A model generated the notes under the pieces. It had not been told where the DNA came from. It worked only from the letters and a program-made list of their open reading frames with translations, and did no database searches. This document shows positions 37,195-50,599 of a stretch of DNA of 64,000 nucleotides, piece by piece (position 1 is the stretch's first letter; every line of letters begins with the position of its first letter). Origin of the DNA: Octopus bimaculoides (taxonomy: Eukaryota). The position numbers and the translations under genes were made by a program. The stretch lies in the NCBI RefSeq assembly GCF_001194135.2, contig NC_068986.1, positions 7,501,286-7,565,285 of the forward strand. The letters are read 5' to 3'.

Positions 37195-38098
37195 CGAGGT
37201 CTGTCTGAAAAGTAATGGGGCTGATGTCACAAACAATTTATTTAAATTTCAAACAACAATCTCCATGGTTTCCCTTTTAAAGTAATCCCTCTCGAGTCTA
37301 ATGCACTTTTCTATCCTTCCCTGCCACATTTCAATGCACTGTTGGAAGGATTCATCAGGGATGCCCATCAGCTCCGTCTTTACAGCCCTCTTGTTGGCCT
37401 TCGCACCTTCAAAACGGGTCCCTTTGATGATTCTCTTGAACTTGGGGACCGAAAGTCACACAGAGCAAGATTAGGTGAATAGGGAGGTTGTTCCAGTACG
37501 GCGATGTTCTCGGCCAGGAACTGCCGGATGCTCAGGCTTTTGTGAGCAGGTGCATTGTAGAAGTGAATCAGTCACGATTTTCCTGCCACAACTCTCGTCT
37601 CTTCTCGCGCACTGAATGAAGCAAACGCCGCAGGATCTCTTTGTAGACTTGCTACTTGACTGCACGACGTTTACCTCAGTCCTGCTTGTTGAAGGCTTCC
37701 CGCTCCTGGAGTCATCTTCCACTTCCTCGCGTCCCTCTTTGAACTTCTTGTGCCACTCAAAAGCATATGTGCGTAACATGGTGTTATCTCCATAAACTTG
37801 GTGAAGTATTTCAAGTGCTTGTGACGGAATTTTCGCCAAGCGGAGCAAAAATATCAGATTTATTCGTTGCTCTTTGTTTACCGTTCGTTACTCACTGCTC
37901 ATAGCTGAACGACCTGTAAAAGAGGAGGAAAGAGGGGGTGTAAAGGAAAGCAGCATATGAAGAAATATGCAATGGTTGCAGAGAGCTAAGTCAACACTCC
38001 CAAGATATCATGTCAGATGATAATACAATCCGCTTATCTCACTTTTGCCCATAGCTCACGCAGCACACGCAGTTCCATTACTTTTCAGACAGACCTCC
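37195..38098 (-). mobile_element. Internally deleted mariner with intact TIRs and TA TSD (904 bp)
   Basis: TA|CGAGGTCTGTCTGAAAAGTAATGG...CCATTACTTTTCAGACAGACCTCC|TA (23/24 match); minus strand QALEILHQVYGD..FEWHKKFKEGREEVEDDSRSGKPSTS is fused to a C-terminal part with EQPPYSPNL. Confidence 0.93.
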
Positions 38099-38109
38099 TA
38101 GCTTAGTAG

Positions 38110-39260
38110 GGAATAGTTTTTGAAGATTTGTGATTGTACTGAAAATCAGTCGCTAAATGTAACCTTTCATCAGTTTTTTTGTGTGATATACTTCTCGGTA
38201 GAATCGTTCGAATTCCAGTATATTCCGGCTGTAGCACTCGCCTGGATCTTCCGAGTACGCTTTCATGTTATCCTTAAATCATTAAGATTATTGTCAAATA
38301 CATAGTCTTTCAGTGATATCGCACAACCCATTTTGTTGTAGTTCTTTACCAAGAGTCCGAAACAATTTTATATAGATTTCTGCCTTGTGGTTGCCCAGGA
38401 AGCTTCGAATTACAGAAACAATGCGGTTCGAAGCTGCTTTCTTTATTTTGTGGGAATATCTTGAAAAATTCTATGCTCCTCTGCGGTATATTCCTTATCT
38501 GTGGTGCGGCAAAGACATGTCTTGGTTTTTGTTTAGAGATGGCTGAGGAAAGATTTCTTGAAAGTACTTAAACACCGACGAATACTTATTAAGAACTGTG
38601 AAATTTTCTTCCCCAATCCTATATTAAGTACTGGGAACAACAACATTCAGGGATCCACTTGACGTTGTTTCTCCACGCAAAGACCGTCGTCCATTATGGC
38701 CAGTGATGCTTGTGATAATGTAGCATAATATTGCTGTAGTTCCATAAACAAAGATAGCAGAAAATCTCGGCAAAGTCATGTTGAATCCTCATCAGGAATG
38801 TCACTCTTTGGAATTCCAGTGATTCTCGTTATATTTAAAAGGTATTGATACTGTTGTTGTTGAGTTGCATTCTGTGGGAAAATGGATACTTTTCGCATTA
38901 TTAAGCAGCACAGCTTCGAGGAATTCGGATGAGAAGCGCATGAAAAGACATCATTGGTTTGGGTTAGAGGCAGTGCTTATTACTTTGAATAGACTGAACA
39001 CATTTTGATAGAAGCAGAGACCCTATCGAAGAAAACCTTGAAATTCCCTGATAACGCTTCCTCTGACTTGTGATTTGCACAATTTCATCTAATCAATTTC
39101 ACTGATTGAGTTTTGCTGCCAGAAACCTCGCGTTGTATTCTGTGAGACGAAGTTCTCTGATGAAGTTATTGATGTCTTTTTGGTCCCTCCATAACTTCAT
39201 GTCCGATTTTGCATGCAATTACCCTCCTTAGTTTGACTTGCTACTTGCTCTTCAAGACGG
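38110..39260 (-). mobile_element. Chapaev-type (CMC superfamily) transposase relic
   Basis: Minus strand QKDINNFIRELRL..LEAVLLNN..FKYFQEIFPQ..SFLGNHKAE..KNYNKMGC..MKAYSEDPGE..ILEFER parallels the 46.4-48.9 kb transposase. Confidence 0.75.
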
Positions 39261-39484
39261 CTGCTCACAATCCAGTTGAGGAAATATGGCAAGTACTAAC
39301 CAGTGCAGCAATAGATTAGGGCAAGTTCAGATGCATCATAACAAATGCCGACTCGATGATCGCAAGGGCCTACTATGTGGAAGTAGGAATTGCTTGAGTG
39401 GTTTGTAATAAATCGCTATTAGAATAAGAAAAAAAAAAGATTTAACTGTGACTAAGAAATAGAAGGTTCTCGAAACCTCTTACA

Positions 39485-39707
39485 CTTATCTTTTATCTTT
39501 GACTTGTTTCCGTCAGCAGACTGCGGCCATTCTGGGGTACCGCCTTGAAGTATTTCAGTTGAACGAATCAACTCCAGTATTTTTGAAGCCTGGTACTTAT
39601 TCTATCGGTATCTTTTGCCGAACAGCTATTTAACGGGGACGTAAACACACCAGCACCGGTTGTCAAGCGGTGGTGGAGAACAAACACGGGACATAAAGAC
39701 ACACACA

Positions 39708-39787
<80 letters not shown>

Positions 39788-39935
39788 TATAGTTTCCGTC
39801 TACCAAACCACTCTCAAGGCTTTAGTTGGTCTGAGGGTAGAGTAGAAAACACTTACACAAAGTGCCATGCTGTGGGACTGAATCCAGAACAATGTGGTTG
39901 GAATGCAAACATCTTGCCATGCAACCACGTATGCA
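39485..39935 (-). mobile_element. tRNA-derived SINE family C with internal (CA)n
   Basis: Homologous to 16590-16980; head homologous to 56560-56700. Confidence 0.88.
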
Positions 39936-42546
39936 CCTATGTCCGATGTAGCTTTCTAAAACAGTGGCAATTATATTCTTTTTAATTTTAAATCCTCTAA
40001 ATTTTAAGAAGTTTTATGAAATAAAATCCCACTATTCAAGTAAATATTGTACAGCAGCCTACCCTCTCGGATTTTTACAGTGTTGGTAAGTGAAATTAAG
40101 AGCTCATAGTTTGTCTTGGTCCTTCACAGATTTCCTGAAATGTTTTGAAAGCTTCACCCCTTTTCGTGGAAGCTGTTACTGAGTACCTTATTAATTCTTG
40201 TTTTAATAAATTGGTGACAAACAAAGCAAAAATGTATCTGCTTGATGATTGCAGCTTTCTGATATCATCCCTGATAAATACGGGGCGACCTATTTACTTA
40301 TGCAATTAGAACTAAGGTGAAGCGAGGAGCTTTTGGTCCCTCTATTCACATTACTTAATCATTTAAAGCATTAATTATAAATGATGTCTCAGTAAACTGG
40401 TCAACAAATTTCAGTTTTTGCTTTGTTCAGGAGAAACAAATGTCAGCCTCTACTAATATTTCGTCTCTTATTAAAAACAGAATCAGACACATTTTTCAAG
40501 ATGAGCTAATGTTTGAACCATGCCAATTTTCAATGTTTCATTTGGGGATGTTGTTACAAGGGGATGTTGATTCCAACGTACATTTCATGTACTGAAACAT
40601 CCTAAAAAATGTAGGATGCGATACATCGGAAATATTAACATCGTCCACATAAACACCAAAAATTATAGCCGACCATCATGAATCGAGAGGAGTTTAGTCT
40701 ATCATTTTATTGTCGAGTGTTATTTCTTTGATTAAATATTATGACAAGTGTGCGACTACCATTTAAAGTGTCTCGCAATTGTGTGACAATTCTGATGGCT
40801 TTTGTTATGTTTTCGGAAAATTCTCCGGTAAATCATAAAAAAGTAAAATTTTCTCCACAGAAAAGTATCTTTACTATTGTTGTTTTGCTTACTAAAGAAG
40901 TAGTCAAGGTAAGAGTTGAATCTTCATTTATTTATTGTCACTCCTCTCCACAGAGTTTAAAAATATAGATAAAAGGCTAACAAAAATGCAATGGTATGAC
41001 GAGAACCTACAATTCATGGCGACTTTTTAATAAATCTACTTAGAAGCATAAGCTTTCTTAGAACGAACTAAACGCTCTTCTAATGGATTTGGATTTCTCA
41101 AAAATAGGGCAGAACTTGAAAGTTTAAACTTGTAAAAATATAACCTGGTTGCTGATTTTGTTAATATTTCCTTTTTCTCTGTTATAAGACTTTTACGTTT
41201 CAATATAAAAGATGGCAATTTTCATAAATAACATTCTTCTCTATAAATCGCTTCCTGATAACTCAATCTGGAAGCCTGAGGTCGAATATGGTTATCTTTA
41301 ATCCATAATATATTGAGTTAAGCAACAAATGTAGCATTAAATTTATATACAGTCAATGGTATAGATAAGTGCCTTCTAATAATTGGTTTAAAAGTAAAGA
41401 TTCTTATTTTGAACCTAGTCTGGTTTTTAGGAACCAGATGACGTTTGGGCAAGAGACCGTACGAATTTCATCCCTAAAGGTTAAATTGTCTGGAAAATTA
41501 GAACGATTTATTGAATGACTTTTACTTGTTTATTGGTTAGACCTTTCTTATGCAGTCGTATTTCCATGACTCAATTTTGTTTATTTTTCGTTATTGCACT
41601 GGAGTATATCGTAGAATCTTTATACATTTAAAGCATTTAATTTATTTTCCCCTTTTGGACGATGAAGTCTTTAATATCTAGATATCCAGACATGTATTTA
41701 TCCTTTTTTCAGTTAGTTTTCAATATTAACTTTTTAGCTGACCATTCACTGATCGATATTGATCGCTATTGATTAATAAAATCCGAGTTCATGAAAATGA
41801 GACAAATTTTATATTTGTCTACGACAACACCACATTTATCTTTTGATTTTTATTCATTATATTTAATATCGTTTCTTTCACATGAAAGGATCAAAGATTG
41901 TATTTGATCATAAATAATGTTTTCCAATTTGAAAGCATTTTCAGAAACAATGTATGGATTGCAGATTATTAGAATTTCTTGATCAACTTTCAAAGCAACA
42001 GCAGAGCGGGATTTAATTCTTACTGTGAATTCACATTAAATGCAATATGTAGTGAAAGAAAGTTAATGTAGTAAACAGTAAATCTACAACAGTAAGAATC
42101 TAATTTATATATCAATACTTATTGTATCATAATATCACTCAATTTCTATGAAATAAATTTGTTTACGGTATTGTTTTCGGCAATATCAAATAACAATCCT
42201 ACATCGAAAACTATCACAACATCGAAAAGACCAAACACAGCAAATTTATTGTTCTACCTCATGGGAAACATAACCATAGCTTTCCGATTCGGGATGAAGA
42301 CTACACTAGATTCATAAATGATTTCAACAGCTCATAAAGTAATACTTCAATAGTAATACTTCTCAAGGTTTGTGCTGGTGAAAAGGGCTCTTTACATATG
42401 TATGTATGTATGTATGTATGTTATCAATTAGTTTCATTTCTGTATTNNNNNNNNNNNNNNNNNNNNNNNNNNNNNNNNNNNNNNNNNNNNNNNNNNNNNN
42501 NNNNNNNNNNNNNNNNNNNNNNNNNNNNNNNNNNNNNNNNNNNNNN

Positions 42547-42790
42547 AGAACCATCAAAGCTAATAAACCAGATATTTCTGCGAAAGACCAAAACAATAAA
42601 GTCTGTTTATTGCTTGACATGAGCATACCCTGTGATTATAATACCTCGGCAAAAAAACTTGACAAGCTCAGAAAATACAGAGATTCACTGATTGAAATCA
42701 GAAAAAAAAGGTGGCATCTCAAGGTAGTCACAATACCAGTAATTGTAGGAGGACTTGGAAAGATCAAAAAGGGAACTGAAAATTATAATC
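42547..42790 (+). mobile_element. R4/Dong-like RLE fragment
   Basis: RTIKANKPDI..VCLLLDMSIPCD..KYRD..VTIPVIVGGLG. Confidence 0.85.
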
Positions 42791-42814
42791 ATAATACTAC
42801 TAATAATAATTGTT

Positions 42815-43022
42815 TCAAATTTTGTCACAAGGGCTGCAATTTTGGAGGAGGGGATGAGTCGATTACATCGACCACAGTGTTCAAATAGTACCTATTTTAT
42901 CGACCCCGAAATGATGAAAGGCAAAGTCGACCTCGGTGGAATTTGAACTCCGAACATAAAAACAGACGAAATGCTGCTAAGCATTTTGCCTAGCGTGCTA
43001 GCAATTCTGTCATCTCACCGCG
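42815..43022 (-). mobile_element. SINE family B, flanked on both sides by (AAT)n on the plus strand
   Basis: Reverse complement of the 9981-10160 family. Confidence 0.88.
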
Positions 43023-43048
43023 TTAATAATAATAATAATGATAATAAT

Positions 43049-43507
43049 ATTGATATGACTGTCCCAATCGATATAAACGTATCTGTCAAGACCTACCAAA
43101 AACTGAGCAAATATAAAGATCTTGAAATAGAAATTAGCAAAATGTGGAACCTGAAGACTAAAACAGTACCTATTGTCATAGGTGCCCTGGGAATGACAGC
43201 GAAACGGGCTGATTACTACCTAGCTCAGATACCAGGAAACCCCAAAATGGCTGAAGTTCAAAAGATAGTGCTCATGGGAACTGCCCATATCCTACGTAAA
43301 ATACTGTCTATGTGATCTCAAATTTTAAAGCAAACACAATTTTCTTATGATTTCTTAAACATTCTCTAGAACAACACTATGTACAAATCCAAATATATGG
43401 TACCCTAGGCATAACACCTACATGAACTTCTAACTTGTTGTCTCTTGAGGTCTCTGGGTGAGACTTGGATCCAACTTGTACAAATGCAAAACAAAAGTCA
43501 AACATAA

Positions 43508-43508
<1 letters not shown>
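43049..43508 (+). mobile_element. R4/Dong-like 3' fragment with 3' UTR, embedded in (AAT)n
   Basis: IDMTVPIDINVSVKTYQKLSKYKDLEIEISKMWNLKTK..ILRKILSM*; AAT arrays at 43025-43048 and 43508-43586. Confidence 0.93.
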
Positions 43509-43586
<78 letters not shown>

Positions 43587-43588
<2 letters not shown>

Positions 43589-44335
43589 CAATCAGTGATC
43601 TCTTGTATATGGATGATCTAAAAGTTTAAGCTACAAATGATAAACAGCTGGAAACGTTAATGATAATGAGCTGATAATGGTTTCTGATTGCAAATCAAAT
43701 TGCATTAAGCGATCAATGAAAAACTGGAATACAGAGTTAGCTGCATGTGGAAAATTTTTGGCGAGGGTTAACATCAATAGAGGCATATTTCAAGGAGATA
43801 GCCTATCACCCTTGCTGTTTGTGATTTCTATGATACCCCTTTACACAGATACTGTAGGGACATTGGGTCGGGGTACGCGTTGAAAAGTGGAGGAAAATTA
43901 AATCATCTGTTATATATGGATAATTTAAAGATCTTTGGAAAGACCGAACGTGAAATAAATGGCCGAGTTTCAACAGTGCAAATATTCAGTAAGGATATCA
44001 GAATGGAATTTGGAACTAAAGAGTGTGGTATTCTTATAATACAAAGAAGCAAAGTAGTGTCGTATGATGATGTAGAGCCACCTAGAGGCGAGAAAATCAA
44101 GAATATTGAGACTAATGGATATAAATATCTGGGGATTTTGGAATATGACAAAATCAAGGAAAGCTTTAGACGAGACTATCACAGAAGCACAAGATTAATT
44201 ATGGGAAGTAGACTCAATGGAAAAAAAAAACAAGATCAGGGCAATGAAGACATTAGCTATTTCCTTAATGCGATAGGGCGCAGATGTTAGGTGGACAAAG
44301 GATGAGCTTGAGGAAATGGACAGAGACCTCTGAGA
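43587..44335 (+). mobile_element. R4/Dong-like RT fragments (two pieces)
   Basis: TISDLLYMDDLKV, then INRGIFQGDSLSPLLFVISMIPL..LNHLLYMDNLKIF..MEFGTKEC..GYKYLGILE. Confidence 0.9.
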
Positions 44336-44339
44336 AGTA

Positions 44340-44462
<123 letters not shown>

Positions 44463-46417
44463 CCAGAACAACAACAACAGTAAAGATGTGGAAGGTGAAA
44501 ATTACGATGATGATTATGCTGCTGCTCCTGATGATTGTGATGTATTGACATGTTTTATCGACATTATTTGAAAAGAAACAAAAGATCTATGTTAAGAATG
44601 TTTTACTGAAGGCACAAACTGATTAAAGCAATTCATCTTTGCATTTAATCATAACATTTCCAATGAAGTAAGAACAAAATTAAAACGATTTATAGAAGTT
44701 GGAGAAAAGTTCAAAAATGTTTTCGTGTATCAAAAGCTTTTCGTATCTCTTTTAATGGTCCAGTTATCATCCAAATGCTCAGAGTTCATTTGACTCTTTT
44801 AATGATAAATCTATTTTAAACTTTATAATTCTTTCTATAATATCAAATTTGCAAAAGAATCTATTATCGCTTTTACTTGATATTTCACTATTACAAAGTA
44901 AGGTACAATTTTCACACTATTTCATCGTGTGAATATCAATTGATTGCATTACACTTTGATGGTTCTCAGATTTAAATTGATCTGGAACTCAAGATTGAAA
45001 TTAAAGTACACTCTATTAAAGGTGACTTGGCTCGATGAATATTCTAGAACTTCCTAGTTTAGAGGTTAGAGAGCTTAAATCCACCCTTTTAAAGACATAA
45101 CTTATTTTACATTTTTACATTTCAAGGTGTGTGGAATACGAAATTCTAATAACGTAGACGTGTCCAAATATACACTTCTAAGTGATTTTTCCTATTTAAA
45201 TGGAAATATGGAGAAGCAGCACCAATGTAATATTCAACTAGACTACAAGCGTCTCCTCCCATCTTGTGCGCTTTCATATTCCTTTAATATCTGTACGAAT
45301 TAACAATGTCTGCTGTAAACTGTTTTTGCGTTGCGGTTTTTCATGCTTTCACAACTTTGTTATTATTTTTATGTATTTTCTACTCAATTAATATGACTAA
45401 AAATCTAATTAAACATTACAATATTATTACGCCATACAATACACCCTATACAATATATATGAGATGAGTCAAATATATGTACACACACACACACACACAC
45501 GCACACACATTCACGCACACGCGCACACATTCACGTACGCGCACGCACACACACACATACATACATACGCAAACACGTATGAACACATGCATAATAACAA
45601 AAACATTCACATATGTGTACATTTCTGAGCATAATTTTGACAAAAATTATGGAATGTATAATGATTTTGATAATAAAATAAAAATGTTCAGTTTCTACTT
45701 CAATTTAATAATTGTACAGATTAGGTTTACGCATGTTATATATATTTTTTGGCCCATTCTAAAACTACGAAAAACAATAATATTAATTTATCAAATGATT
45801 ATAATATCTATTATATTGAGAATTGTAAATAGTTTCTTTATAGCATATTTATCAGTAATTGCGCTTTAGAGAAGAAAACAACATTACATAAATAAAAAAA
45901 TAGTTATAAAAGTTATTTTTATATACTCTGGAAATAAAACTAATATTTTTTTACAGCAAATTATGTTATAATATTTTAATATAGGTCACTTATGTTTTTG
46001 AAACAGGTTTCTCATTAAAACGTTTGTATCGTACAATCCACTATTAAATTAATTTGAAATATTCAATACCCAAACGATAACATCCACCACGTTTCTTTTC
46101 TTTCAGTATCACATATTTTTGATAAGCGAAAATATTTGAAATGATATTGTCTTTATTAGTCCAGTTACAAAATATGATTTTGCCAAAACAAACTGCTATT
46201 AATATCGATTGTAAAATAACATACAAAAATAACATACATGTTTATAGAAAATAAAGAGTAATCACGGAATGATTTTTTCACTATAGTTTACGAAAATAAA
46301 AAAAAAATAGAAGTCTGATTTCATGCTGTAAATGATGTTTGTTCAGGATAAAAAGCAAATATTTAAATACATTGCACTTTTTTCCTAAATATGAAATATA
46401 TGTTTTTATTTGAATAA

Positions 46418-48854
46418 CACTGGTCAACAAGTATTTTTCATCAAGCGTATGCCAAGGTGTACTTAGTGTAATTTTTAATGCTGATTTCAAATACACAATT
46501 AGGTTTTTGCCATCACGTAGTGTTTTGAAGATGAGAAAGTTTGTTTTGCTTTTAGCTCATGCATTATATAGAAGTTCCAATTAATGGCGTGTATGCATGT
46601 ATTTCATTTACATCATAGAAACATATCTTTGAAATAAATTATATTATTCATTGCTGCATAGTTCAGATGCAATATTTCATCATCTTAAATTATCCACTCA
46701 AGTTTTGTCTGATGAAATAGGTATTTCAACATCTGAAATTGTCCAGTCATAATTAATCTGATGAAATATTTTATCCCTACAAAGTCAATGTGCACCAGCA
46801 TGACCGCAGCCACTTGGCTGAAACACATAAATAAATAAATAAATAAATAAATAAGTATTACCGTTCGTATCTATTTCCTTGTTTTACAGTGTCAACAATA
46901 TCAAAACAGTGCAGAAATTGTCCTGATGTGTTTTGTTATGTCTGTGGATAATTTATTGTGAAAACTCAAAAACGTACAAAAACACCAGCGGTCAAGAAGA
47001 TTTATAAGCAATACTTTGACTGTCCTCTTGGAGATCAGAACAAGCTATGGGCACCACATTTTATCTGCTAAGCTTGCTCAAATGGTTTACGTGACTGGTT
47101 CAATAATAATAACAAGTCCATACCTTTTGCCATTCCACTGATATGAATGGAGCCGAAAGCCATCTTAATGATTGTTATTCTTGCCAAGTAAATGTCACAA
47201 CATTTTCTATGAAGAATAAACACAAAATTGTGTATCCCAATTTGGATTCTGCAATGAGACCTATACCTGTCAATGGAAGTCTGCCAATTCCAGTTCCACC
47301 AGATGATGGTATTGAAACATCAAATGAAAGTGCTGAATGTCACGATAGTGCTGCTGATGAAGATTATGTGGCGGATGACGATAGTTTTGAACCTCAGAAA
47401 CTTTCCCAAAATGAACTGAATGACCTTGTCAGAGACTTATCCCTCTCAAAAGATAAAGCAGAACTGTTGGCTTCAAGACTGAAAGAGAAGTATCTGCTAG
47501 AGCACGGTGTTCATATAACTGATTTTTGGCAGAGAAATGTGGTTCTACAAACGTGTTTTTCTGTTGAAGGCCAGCTTTGCTTTTGCTGTATCATTGGTGG
47601 ATGTTTCGAATTTTTATCACAAAATCATGATCCTGCAGATCCTGGCGTTTGTTTATTGACTCTTCAAAACGAAGTTTAAAAGCTGTACCTTTCCATAACG
47701 ATAATTTGAAGCCCTCTATTCTTATTGCACATTCCATTCATCTTCATAAATCATATGACAATTTGGAACTTTGACTTCATGCCATTGCCTATGAAAGATA
47801 CTCATGGAAAATATACGGAGATTTAAAGACATTGGAATGTTTCACAGAATACTGTTGTTTCTTTTGTCTATGGAATAGTCGAGCGACTGACAGACATTCA
47901 GAATCAAACGGGCAGAGAAGAACATCATACCAATCATGACTGTCCTGCATCAAGAATACACCGCTTGTAGATCCATGTAATGTTCTATTGCTTCCTTTGC
48001 ACAAAGCTTGGACTGATGAAACAGTTTGTAAAGACACTAGGGAAGAGAAGAGAAATGCCAGAGGGTTTGTGTATATTGTAGAAAAGTTTGCCAAAATCAC
48101 ACAGACGGAGTTGAAAGAGGGTACCTTTGTCGGACCTCAAATTAGTGAAGTACTCAAAGATGTCAGCTTCAAGACAGCACTTGAGGAACTGGAACTGCCT
48201 GCCTGGAATGTTTTCAATTGGATCTGCGAGAATTTCTTGAGCAACAAGAAAGCAATGGACTACAAGAATAGCATCAAGAATCTTCTGAAATGTTACTCAG
48301 CAATACATTGTTGCGTGTTACCGAACGTTCACCTCTTGGACTCTCATCTGGATTTCTTCGCGGATAAACTTGGAGCAGTGTCTGATGAACATGAAAGATT
48401 TCACCAGGATATTAGTGCAATGAAGAAACGGTGCTAAGGCTTCTGGAATTACAGTATGCTAACTGACTACAACTGGACACTTTACGGTAATCAACCAGAT
48501 CAGGAGCACCACAGGAAATGCAAATCCCAATGTTTCTAACTACGTTATTCTAACTTTGTTTTGTCCGAACCATTTTTGTGTATTCACTCTTTGTAGAATG
48601 ATAGTGATGAATTTTAACTCAATAAATTCATTTACGTTCTACAAATAATATGTCCTTATTTATTACGTATAAATTTATTACGTATTAATGATTTTATATG
48701 TACAAATAAGTAAATATTTGCATTTATCTATTAAAAATATGATACGTGCTGCATACAAATGGAATAGAACTTTGAAATCATCACGAAACATTCGTCCAAA
48801 AAAGTTGGTATGCATTCCTAATGAGCATAATACATTAAATTTTGTTGATTAATG
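46418..48854 (+). mobile_element. Full-length Chapaev3-like DNA transposon (decayed transposase, TIRs, 3-bp TAA TSD)
   Basis: TAA|CACTGGTCAACAA...TTGTTGATTAATG|TAA; subterminal similarity (ATGCTGATTTCAAA..ATCACGT versus ACGTG..TTTGAAATCATCAC); protein relic CRNCPDVFCYVCG, LGDQNKLWAPH, HLNDCYSC, YPNLDSAMRPIP, NELNDLVRDLSLSKDKAELLASRLKE, GTFVGPQI, VSDEH.ERFHQDIS. Confidence 0.88.
46790..46856 (+). mobile_element. SINE 3' tail fragment with (TAAA)n inserted in the Chapaev element
   Basis: GCACCAGCATGACCGCAGCC..CTGAAACA + (TAAA)n is related to the family C 3' end. Confidence 0.55.
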
Positions 48855-49379
48855 TAATTGATGCAAAACAATAAAACTGGCATTCCAAAACTGAGAGGTT
48901 ACTAAAGTTGTTATCTGATTTGAGATATTTTAGATATACTGCTTTATGTCTTGGTGTGTGTGGTGAAGGCGCACATGGAATGTTAAGAAGATACGTTAAC
49001 CTGAGGAATCAAAGAAATTTGCGAGATTAGTGAAATTATTATTGTTATTATTATATAAGTGTTAATAGATAGTTATAGCTTATGCAACACACATATACAC
49101 ATATATGTGTTTATGTGTGAGCATGTTTCAGATATTATTTGGTAGAATACAGAAATTTGAAAATAAGTCATTTATAATAGCCCATAATATGTCACTGAGA
49201 ATTTGTAAATTCAGAATATGCGTTCGTTTCCAGAAGAGCATGTTTCTATGGAGAACAGAAAAGTATAACTGAAATCAGTGCAAAACAGAATAATTTCCAT
49301 TAAGTGTTCTGGAATTGAAAGATAAATATAAGATTACAGAAAGTGACTACAAGATGAAAGGGGATACTTAGAAAAGGAA

Positions 49380-49398
49380 ATTTAAGGGGTAGCGGAAC

Positions 49399-49493
<95 letters not shown>

Positions 49494-49500
49494 TGAGAGA
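49380..49500. repeat. (GA)n microsatellite
   Basis: Direct reading. Confidence 0.95.
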
Positions 49501-49897
49501 TGAAATTAGGGGAATATGAATAAAGATTATGATAAAATCAAAAGTAAAGAAAATGTAGGAAGGATAAATTCAGTTCAGGAGATTCACTATATTTTGGTAA
49601 AGCTAAAACAGTTTAATACTTGACAATTAAACGTTGATGCGTCTATAAATATATGTTTACATGCATGCAGTATATTCATACATTAATTCAATGAATATTG
49701 CGCAAAGAAAAAAATAGACGCACAGGAAAATCTATTCAGTTATATAAAAATAGTAAAAATGATGTCTACAGGTAGATGTAGGTTTGCTACTGTTATGTTC
49801 AGAGATCCACGTAGATCGTCATAACCCAATCTGCTTTCTGTAGATTTGTTAATTTCCTACGATACTGAGTAGTATTACCAGTTATGAAATACAGAGG

Positions 49898-50160
49898 AAA
49901 TGTAGGAAAAATTAGGATAAACAAGTTTGTATTAAAGTTTCTCTGTGCGTTTAACCATTATGGTTGTTTGGAGTCCCGCGAAAGATGTACCAAATGCATT
50001 TAGATGCTCAATCCCAATGATTCCTCGAGGAATTCCTTGATACAATAGTGTTCCTTGACAATTCGTTATTGTTGTCCCAGGACTCCAAACAACCATAATG
50101 GTAAAACGGTCATAGGAACTTTAATATAAACACATGTTTATGCCTATTTTACCTACATTT
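49898..50160. repeat. 263-bp MITE-like element with ~80-bp inverted arms
   Basis: Perfect 23-bp core ACCATTATGGTTGTTTGGAGTCC / GGACTCCAAACAACCATAATGGT, extending imperfectly to AAATGTAGG / CCTACATTT. Confidence 0.85.
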
Positions 50161-50599
50161 GTTATATAGAAAAATATAAGCGATGGTGTGAAGGATGGGT
50201 GAATGTTAACTGTAGGCACGTGTAGACTGGTGATGGAAGCAAATTTCAGTTTATTAGTAAATAAAAATCAAAGCGACATTGACTGTGTCTTTAGATCAAG
50301 GAACTGTAAAGGTCTTGAAGTTTGTGCATAAATTATATTTTTTATTCCAGTTCTTGTGTTTTTCTCCTGTTAAGCTTCATACACTTTGGTTTGAAATATA
50401 CTTGCGAGATGAAATTGGACAATTTCATTATTATTCACTGTTGTGTATAACTGAAAGAGGTTATATGGTTAAAGAATTGCATTTAATTTTGCCTTCTCTG
50501 ATAGTTATAAAGCGTTTAGGCACTATTGCAATGATTGCTTTGGTAGAGATGATTTCTCTGTTAAATATGATAGCTTCTGCCTTACATTACTAATTCGGT

